64,000 bases of DNA, from IMG/VR virus record IMGVR_UViG_3300048670_001567, positions 30,536 to 94,535 of that record; one strand, 5' to 3'. This DNA comes from a virus. Taxonomy: Duplodnaviria > Caudoviricetes. The first letter of the stretch is position 1. Each line of letters starts with the position of its first letter. Below, one piece after another: positions 57,525 through 64,000 of this stretch. The position numbers and the translations under genes were made by a program. The notes below the pieces were generated by a model that was not told the DNA's origin, made no database searches, and saw only the letters and a list, made by a program, of their open reading frames with translations.

Positions 57525-58172
57525 CTACTCAACAAAACAATTGTACTTGAGTTCACTGTGATTGTCAACAGATTCCAGAAACTTTTTCTCTACAATTCTG
57601 CGCACAACTTTGTGAATACCCGGGTTAACTTCCAGAATTCTGGGCATGACATCGTGTCTGACCCTGTTACGAGTGTATTTGGTGTCCCAGTTACTGGTAT
57701 CGTCGTGCCAACTGACCTGATGCCGCTGACACCACTCAGCCAGGCACTGTTTGGTGTTGAGCAAGAAGGGCCTGATGACCTGATTGCGCTGATGAGGAAT
57801 GACCTTGGCTGTGCCGTGACACATGCTCCAGACGTAGGTTTCCACACAGTCATCCAGATGATGTGCAGTCACCACAGGCAGATCCAGTCGGTCAAATTCC
57901 TGATATCGCTGTTCGCGCCAGAACTCTTCCCAACTGACTGCAGCAGTTTTAAGACTGTTGTCAATCAGACTGACCAGCATGGCGATCTGATGCTGTGTGC
58001 AGTATTCAGCCACCACTCGTTGTCCCAGTGTGCTGTTCTCGGTGCCGTGATGTATGAAAATCACTGTGACGTCGTGACGTCTGCGCAGGAAATCCAGTGC
58101 GGCCATGCTGTCAACCCCACCTGAGCAGGCCACGTAGATTTCAGCAGGAATCTTACCCAGTAGTCGAATCAT
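57525..58172 (-). CDS. tilS: tRNA(Ile)-lysidine synthetase (short form)
   Basis: SGGVDS, R..RY, TAHHLDD.VET, IRPFL, D.SN...TRNRVRH. Confidence 0.93.
   Translation of the reverse strand: MIRLLGKIPAEIYVACSGGVDSMAALDFLRRRHDVTVIFIHHGTENSTLGQRVVAEYCTQHQIAMLVSLIDNSLKTAAVSWEEFWREQRYQEFDRLDLPVVTAHHLDDCVETYVWSMCHGTAKVIPHQRNQVIRPFLLNTKQCLAEWCQRHQVSWHDDTSNWDTKYTRNRVRHDVMPRILEVNPGIHKVVRRIVEKKFLESVDNHSELKYNCFVE
57540..57568 (-). promoter_or_regulatory. sigma70 promoter for tRNA-Ile2 inside the tilS 3' end
   Basis: TTGACA-17-TACAAT. Confidence 0.75.
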
Positions 58173-58178
58173 TCATTG

Positions 58179-58207
58179 ATTGTATTACTATCCAGCTGAA
58201 ATGTCAA
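58179..58207 (-). promoter_or_regulatory. sigma70 promoter for tilS
   Basis: TTGACA-17-TACAAT, 6 nt before the ATG (leaderless-like). Confidence 0.75.
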
Positions 58208-59763
58208 CGTTTTTCGCGCGGGCTAGAAATCTCAGAACTAGAATTAGAAAATTCTGATGCCCTAGTGGGCCTGATACCTCGCATTGGTCTGTCAATATCA
58301 GAAATTTTTTGTTGTATGGCTGTCTGACGTTCTGAGCTATCAGACTGATCAGCAGTATCTTTTTCCAGAACATCAGCAGATTTGGCATTGTTATACAGAA
58401 TGTTAAAAACAAAATTGCCATTACCACCAGTGCTGTAATAGGTTTTCTGGGCTGAGAATTCTACACCAGTCACAGCAGTGCTGGGATAAACTGATCTGAA
58501 TCCCTTGATGACAATGGTGTCTGATGTCTGCTGTGCATCAGTGTACACCTGCACCAATGCACCATTATTAAGAATGTCAGACGCAGCCTGACTAAAATTG
58601 GTGTTCTTGTTCACATAATCTGCTACTTTGTATGCTATAGCCGCTGTCAGGTGTTCTCTGGGAATGATTCGACTGGGGTCTTTGGCTGACCGTTCTTTAT
58701 AAAAAGATTCCAATTTAGGGCTGAGAACACCAGTGCCCACAATTTTGTCATGGGCACCATAGTTTTTAAGTTTGGCCACCAGAGGCACATCACTGGCATC
58801 AATGATCCCGTACATTACTGCCAGCTGAAGGGGTGCCTGAAAATGTCCCTGATCTTTAACAATTTGTACTATGCTGATTTCTTCTTGATATTGTTTTATA
58901 AGTCGTTGGCCAGCCGGAGTCAGACGCAATTCTTCAATGGCGTTTAACAAATTTACAGCACTGGCCATGGCACCGGACTTGCCTTTGCTGCTTAATTTAA
59001 TTTGCTTGCCATCGGCATTTGTTAGTAGACTGTCTGACAATCCGCCGATTGCTCCAGAATTGAATGTTATGGTGCAGGTATCGAATCCAGCAGTGCCAAA
59101 AAATATTTTCTCTGCCTCGTCAGCGTTGCCCGACACTGGCTTGCCTTGCACCAGAGCAATAGGCTGTAGCAATTCGCAAAAATAGTCTCTAAAACCCGCA
59201 AAATCAATGTCTCCCAGAGGCAAAACAACAGGGAAACTGTCAGATTCTATAAAAATCTTTGTGGCCTGTGTAATGGCACTGGTCACACCAAATTTATTTG
59301 CCACCTGGTTGTATATGCTGGCAGGAGTATTTTTTTCATATTGAGTCAATATGTCTGAAGGTTTATACCCAACGTGTTCTTTTCGTGCTGCCGATGACTG
59401 GTATTGATAACCACCTGGTATAGCATTATTGGGAAAGTTATTCAGAGATGAATTTGGGCTTATCTGTTTGAGGTATCTACCAAAATATAAATCTGCCTGA
59501 GTATCGTCATTCGTGAAATGTGCAATACCAAATCCAGCCATGCCACGATTGTACTGATTGGACCATTGTATTTTATCGGAAAACCCCAGCTTGTCAACTG
59601 CAGCCTGAAGTTCTTCTGGTGATTGAAATTTCCCCTGGGCAGGGTACCAGATCATGGATTGAAAAGTTATGGTCTTACCAGTGCCGGGCTGAACAAATTG
59701 CTCGCCAGGAGTTCTATTGCTTAACCCAACACTTTCAGTCAATATTTCAATCAAATCGCGCAT
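58204..59763 (-). CDS. large hypothetical protein, possible PD-(D/E)xK-like motif
   Basis: MRDLIEILTE start; GLSDS...IKLSSKG. Confidence 0.6.
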   Translation of the reverse strand: MRDLIEILTESVGLSNRTPGEQFVQPGTGKTITFQSMIWYPAQGKFQSPEELQAAVDKLGFSDKIQWSNQYNRGMAGFGIAHFTNDDTQADLYFGRYLKQISPNSSLNNFPNNAIPGGYQYQSSAARKEHVGYKPSDILTQYEKNTPASIYNQVANKFGVTSAITQATKIFIESDSFPVVLPLGDIDFAGFRDYFCELLQPIALVQGKPVSGNADEAEKIFFGTAGFDTCTITFNSGAIGGLSDSLLTNADGKQIKLSSKGKSGAMASAVNLLNAIEELRLTPAGQRLIKQYQEEISIVQIVKDQGHFQAPLQLAVMYGIIDASDVPLVAKLKNYGAHDKIVGTGVLSPKLESFYKERSAKDPSRIIPREHLTAAIAYKVADYVNKNTNFSQAASDILNNGALVQVYTDAQQTSDTIVIKGFRSVYPSTAVTGVEFSAQKTYYSTGGNGNFVFNILYNNAKSADVLEKDTADQSDSSERQTAIQQKISDIDRPMRGIRPTRASEFSNSSSEISSPREKR

Positions 59764-59773
59764 GATCAGTTAT

Positions 59774-60688
59774 TTATTCTGAGTCGTCCTGATTCTTTTT
59801 AGGGGGCTGACGCGCACCCACTGGTTCCAGACCCACCCCTGCAACTTTTTTAGATGCCTGTTTGACACTACGCTTGCGTGACTTTTTAACTTCATTAAAC
59901 ACCCCAGCGTCGACTGGCAACCCAGCTTCAGTGGGAATTTCAGTGGCTGGCATGACATAATCAACGAAATAGTTTTCCCGATCCAACCAGGGATAAAGAA
60001 TTTCTTCCTGACGAATAAAGTTATTCCTGTTGATGGATTCCACCACGGTGGGATTTAGCAGCCCCTGATCTATCAGGTCTGCTAGTGAAGTCTTGCTGGG
60101 ATCCATGGGTGGAATTTCTGATTTATATACTGCCATATGAATCCAGGTGTCATTATATTGTTTTAACAGATAGGCATCGTTGCAATCGAAACCATTAACA
60201 GCCAACATGTATATTAGATTGGCAGGAGTGTGGTGAAAATAACACCCGCTGTGTGTGTTACTGTAATATCGGTTATACTCCACTCCGCTGTGCTGCGGCA
60301 CGGCGATCACCAGCATGCCATTGACATTCATTTGTTCGTTCCAGACACGCAGAGTTTCCAATGGATTGGTGCTGTACTGCAAACTATCGTGTGCCCACAT
60401 CAGATCAATTTCCACAGGAAAAAGTTGTGGTTCTGAAAAGTCTCGATTTATCTTGGTGATGTTGGGCAATTCAGGCACCAGAGCAAGTTTCCTGGCATCA
60501 ACATCAACTGCAAAACAGTTGTAGTTGTGTGGTACTGGTGGATCATCTCGAGTCATAAGTGTTGCCCACCAGGCAATGTCTTCACCGGTGCCGCAGCCCA
60601 TGTCAGCAATGGTCCTGAGACTGTCCATGAAGCTGTCATACTCGTAAAGCTGACTTAAAATATGTTGACTGTGTCTTTGATTATCCAA
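59774..60688 (-). CDS. class I SAM-dependent methyltransferase
   Basis: ADMGCGTG, G.LVIAVP. Confidence 0.85.
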   Translation of the reverse strand: MDNQRHSQHILSQLYEYDSFMDSLRTIADMGCGTGEDIAWWATLMTRDDPPVPHNYNCFAVDVDARKLALVPELPNITKINRDFSEPQLFPVEIDLMWAHDSLQYSTNPLETLRVWNEQMNVNGMLVIAVPQHSGVEYNRYYSNTHSGCYFHHTPANLIYMLAVNGFDCNDAYLLKQYNDTWIHMAVYKSEIPPMDPSKTSLADLIDQGLLNPTVVESINRNNFIRQEEILYPWLDRENYFVDYVMPATEIPTEAGLPVDAGVFNEVKKSRKRSVKQASKKVAGVGLEPVGARQPPKKNQDDSE

Positions 60689-61136
60689 TTGTGGAATCCT
60701 CCATACCTGCTGTCCGTAACCTGCATATATGCCCCAGCATATAATTTTTACTTTCTAACCCTTTTAATACACCAAGCCACTTGTTTCTCAGCAATGCCAC
60801 TTCATTGATGATGGTTTCAAAATCGATGACCTCATCCTCACCGTCCACATATTTCTCAGCATCTCTGCTGGTCAACGCACGATTATAGCCTTCCAAATAT
60901 TTTTGGAAATGCTTGCGTCGTATCTTGCGTAGTTGGATGTTAAGATAATTCAGCACCGCTTCAATTTCCTGTAGTTGATTAAAGCGGTGCTCGGTTAGTC
61001 CTGGTAAACAAGCCAGACTTTTTTCAATGTTGCCGTAGACTGTGACTTCCCGTCTGGCAGCATCCAATTCCTGTTCATAGTATTGAATAAAGTCAGGAAT
61101 GGCCGCCAGGTTGGCCACAACACGGCTGTACCACAT
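60681..61136 (-). CDS. uvsY: UvsY-like recombination mediator
   Basis: helical, D.EKYVDGEDE motif, two genes from UvsX. Confidence 0.7.
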   Translation of the reverse strand: MWYSRVVANLAAIPDFIQYYEQELDAARREVTVYGNIEKSLACLPGLTEHRFNQLQEIEAVLNYLNIQLRKIRRKHFQKYLEGYNRALTSRDAEKYVDGEDEVIDFETIINEVALLRNKWLGVLKGLESKNYMLGHICRLRTAGMEDSTIG

Positions 61137-61375
61137 CAGTAGTTCTCATCCTCGTCGTCACCGTCGTCGATGAATTCCTCGTCCCCCATGTACTCGTTTA
61201 CAGCTCGTTCCAACCAACTGTCAACACCGGCCAGAGCACGTAGATCATGCTCAGTGACATCATGATCAGCAATGACACTGATCACGTGGTCAGCTGCGGC
61301 TTGTCGATCCTTGCCAGCAATGTATTCCTTACAGGTCAACCACATCTCGCTAATAACGTCAACTTCTAAACTCAT
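61136..61375 (-). CDS. small acidic conserved protein
   Basis: 79 aa between UvsX and UvsY. Confidence 0.7.
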   Translation of the reverse strand: MSLEVDVISEMWLTCKEYIAGKDRQAAADHVISVIADHDVTEHDLRALAGVDSWLERAVNEYMGDEEFIDDGDDEDENY

Positions 61376-62448
61376 GTTTCTGTATCTCCTGATTCTTCCA
61401 CCAGGGAAGTACTCTTACTTAGTGAATTGGGATTAGAACTAATTTCTTTCATCACTATGTCCAGACAACCACCCTCATTGGATTCCCATTCCTTGCGGAA
61501 CTGCTTGATTTCCGTGCCATCCGACGTCCGATACATCAGACGATTGCCTTCCTTGACCAACAGGGACTTGGCTTCCAGCATGTCAGTCAACCCACTGTAG
61601 GGGTTCATGCCAGTTTCATAAGGGATCTTGACTTGAACTGATTCAAAAGGTTTGGCATAACGAGTTTTCATAATCTTGCAACTGGCACGAATACCATTTA
61701 CTTCTGAAGTCTTGTTGCCATCTTCATCTTCTTTGAGTTTGAGCTTGCGCATGGCCACCACAATACTTGAAGCATAGATAAAACCCTGACCACCTGAAAT
61801 CTTGTCATCGGGATCAAACATGTCCTGGCTTGCGTAGGTGTGGTTGGTTGCCACCAGACCAATGTTCAGACTGCCAAACATGTTGACACAGTTTCTGACC
61901 AGGGCAGTCAGAGCCTTGGGCTTGCGACCCATGTCACCCTTGAGGTCACCAGATTCAAATTGGTTGACATCTGTGGGGGTCAGCATCATGCCCAGGCTGT
62001 CCAGAATAAACAGGACCTTGGGACGCTCTTCCAGAGGCAACAGTCGATACTCTTTGACAAAGTCATTGATGATCTTGGCCACGTCATCAATCATGGCCAC
62101 GTTGAGTTTCAACAATCGATCTTCACTGGTGTCAACACCCAGGGCACGTAGCCAGTCTTCATCCAGAGCATTTTCCGTGTCAATCAGAATACAATAGATG
62201 TCCTGTTGTTGCGCATTGCGGATCAGGTTACCCGAACAGATATAACTCTTGCCAGCACCTGATTCCCCAGCAAAAACAGTGACCTTGCCCAGGGGCACAC
62301 CCTTGTGGAAGTCACCGCTGAGAAGATAATTCAATGTGTAGTTACCTGTGCTGATCCAGTCAGTGGGATCATTGAACCCAATGCCCAGGCCGTCGATACT
62401 TTTGGTAATACTTTTACGAAATTTTGAAATGTCAAAAGGCTTAGCCAT
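61372..62448 (-). CDS. uvsX: UvsX/RecA-like recombinase
   Basis: GESGAGKS, IDTENA, LDSLG, NHTY, SGG.GFIYASS, KTR. Confidence 0.95.
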   Translation of the reverse strand: MAKPFDISKFRKSITKSIDGLGIGFNDPTDWISTGNYTLNYLLSGDFHKGVPLGKVTVFAGESGAGKSYICSGNLIRNAQQQDIYCILIDTENALDEDWLRALGVDTSEDRLLKLNVAMIDDVAKIINDFVKEYRLLPLEERPKVLFILDSLGMMLTPTDVNQFESGDLKGDMGRKPKALTALVRNCVNMFGSLNIGLVATNHTYASQDMFDPDDKISGGQGFIYASSIVVAMRKLKLKEDEDGNKTSEVNGIRASCKIMKTRYAKPFESVQVKIPYETGMNPYSGLTDMLEAKSLLVKEGNRLMYRTSDGTEIKQFRKEWESNEGGCLDIVMKEISSNPNSLSKSTSLVEESGDTET

Positions 62449-62459
62449 GGTAATTTTCC

Positions 62460-63116
62460 TTAATTATAAAATTTTACTTTATCTAATAATTCATGATCTG
62501 TAAAATAATATTGGTTTAGTCGGTATTGCATACTTGGACTGTTATTAATTACAGATTTTAAAGTGGTAGAGATCGCCAATTTGATGTTGGATTGTAATGT
62601 TGTGTTCAGTTTTTTCGGTAAAATTAAATTTGTATCACTAACATAATCTCGAATCTTTGATACCACACCCTCATCAAAATAAAAAAAAGTTATTTTATCC
62701 AAATCCAACCCTGATAGAAAACAAGTCTGCGGTAGTGTATGACTATCAAATATCACAAAATCAAATATTAAATTTTGAAAAGATTGGGAGTTTATTAAAT
62801 TCAAAATTTCTTCTTGTGATCGATCCCTGTTTAATAGCCAAAGATATTGTGTCATCCCAGATACCCAGCGATCGATGGGATCACGCAATACAACTAAATG
62901 TTTGGGATCAATATCCACGAACTTATTAAAATCTGAAAATTCCCAGTTGGAAAACATCATCTTCAATGAACTAGTTGCATTCTTTGGGATATTTACGTAA
63001 TTAAATTTTTTATCCGGCGATACATAACAGGATCCGTGTGTATGGCCTGAATTAGTCCCATCGTATTCATAACCAATCTTATTATCAGTTAACTTGAATG
63101 TAAATATTCGATGCAT
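62460..63116 (-). CDS. sulfotransferase family 2-like protein
   Basis: NIPKNATSS, LRDPIDRWVSG, HT.PQ. Confidence 0.75.
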   Translation of the reverse strand: MHRIFTFKLTDNKIGYEYDGTNSGHTHGSCYVSPDKKFNYVNIPKNATSSLKMMFSNWEFSDFNKFVDIDPKHLVVLRDPIDRWVSGMTQYLWLLNRDRSQEEILNLINSQSFQNLIFDFVIFDSHTLPQTCFLSGLDLDKITFFYFDEGVVSKIRDYVSDTNLILPKKLNTTLQSNIKLAISTTLKSVINNSPSMQYRLNQYYFTDHELLDKVKFYN

Positions 63117-63999
63117 ATTTGTTTAATTTAGCCAAGAATTTACCACTAAAATAGTGATCGTAATTATAATTAACGGTGTCCAATTCTAATAGATATAAAT
63201 CATGCCAATCTGACACCGATAGTTTTTCAAATTTTGCCAACATTGTAAGCAATTCCACTAATCTAACCACAGGATTTTGAGTATTGTCAAATTTATAATC
63301 AAATATTTTTTCATATTTTTTAAAACCATAATATTTTTCTAAATGATCATGCCAATTTGGTTGCCCGTATGCGACAAATAACCCCCTAGTTACTATACTA
63401 TATAAAAATTTTTCAGTAACAAATGGACAATAACTGGTGGCCAAGGTTTCACTAACCACATGCACAAATGATTCTGTTAGCCGGCTCTCTAAATTTTTGA
63501 TGTTGTTTACATGATCACATCTTACATAATTAAACCCATGACTGTTATTGTAAAAATCTTCTGCGGCAGGCGAACCATCAATAATAAATTTTCTATAAAA
63601 TGGTTCTATTTTTTTATCACAAAATTGTTGAATGTTGCCGTCTACTGTATCCCTGCTGGTTATAAAATTTTTACTACAATAATGGGGATCAAACCAATTA
63701 AATTTATGCAATGCTGAAGTTAAAAATTGTCTCGATACATGTGGTGACCCATTAAAACTACATAGGAAATTTTTAAAATTTATAGTTGCTTTTAGCTTAT
63801 TGATAACGTCATAATAGGAAAAATTAATTTTGTGCTGTAGATCTGAGGAGAAATTTAAATTTAAATTTTCATATTTATTTTTTATTTGATCATTAAAAAT
63901 ATACTGCGTGAAAATATTAAATTCCTTTTGGGAGTTTTTGGCTTTTTGATCAATTAATTCTAGAATAACATTCTTTCCACATGCATCAAATCCATTTAA
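63085..63999 (-). CDS. AT-rich glycosyltransferase-like protein (5' end outside window)
   Basis: frame open to the window edge; VVSET...VTEKFL...IFDY.FD. Confidence 0.5.
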   Translation of the reverse strand, partial: LNGFDACGKNVILELIDQKAKNSQKEFNIFTQYIFNDQIKNKYENLNLNFSSDLQHKINFSYYDVINKLKATINFKNFLCSFNGSPHVSRQFLTSALHKFNWFDPHYCSKNFITSRDTVDGNIQQFCDKKIEPFYRKFIIDGSPAAEDFYNNSHGFNYVRCDHVNNIKNLESRLTESFVHVVSETLATSYCPFVTEKFLYSIVTRGLFVAYGQPNWHDHLEKYYGFKKYEKIFDYKFDNTQNPVVRLVELLTMLAKFEKLSVSDWHDLYLLELDTVNYNYDHYFSGKFLAKLNKYASNIYIQVN

Positions 64000-64000
64000 A

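Noticed and set aside
1-64000. Stop-codon reassignment
   Set aside because: Long genes are intact in code 11, all three stop codons terminate genes, and no suppressor tRNA was seen
1-64000. CRISPR array, transposase or integrase
   Set aside because: No spaced direct repeats or recognisable catalytic motifs found

Overview
This window looks like part of a large, distantly T4-like dsDNA phage genome in standard genetic code, with almost all genes on the minus strand. It carries core replication and recombination genes (gp41-like helicase, gp61-like primase, UvsW, UvsX, UvsY, a probable clamp-loader small subunit and a very short DnaE-like protein). AT-rich glycosyltransferase, sulfotransferase, SGNH and radical-SAM genes sit singly between those core genes. 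There are probable virion proteins at 0-6 kb, sigma70-driven early genes at 20-24 kb, an NDP-sugar modification operon at 34.6-40.7 kb and about 13 tRNAs. Host-like genes (pqqA, rubrerythrin-DUF3501, an OlsB-like GNAT, SpeD, TilS, an Azoarcus-type intron, PhaR-like boxes) point to a proteobacterial, probably betaproteobacterial, host; this is inference. Highlights: (1) an 8.6-kb LuxR-headed operon (24.9-33.5 kb) of paralogous low-complexity proteins, Gly/Tyr/Pro-rich peptides, collagen/fibre proteins, a HiPIP-like protein and a papain protease, which looks like a self-assembling coat or fibre system; (2) a stand-alone pqqA gene missed by the ORF track; (3) two tRNAs interrupted by group I introns, one a close homologue of the Azoarcus ribozyme lying directly after tilS; (4) a tRNA-Ser with the rare ACU anticodon, a structured ncRNA candidate and an in-frame AAA-ATPase/AhpF chimera. 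Protein family calls come from motif recognition only; no database searches were run.
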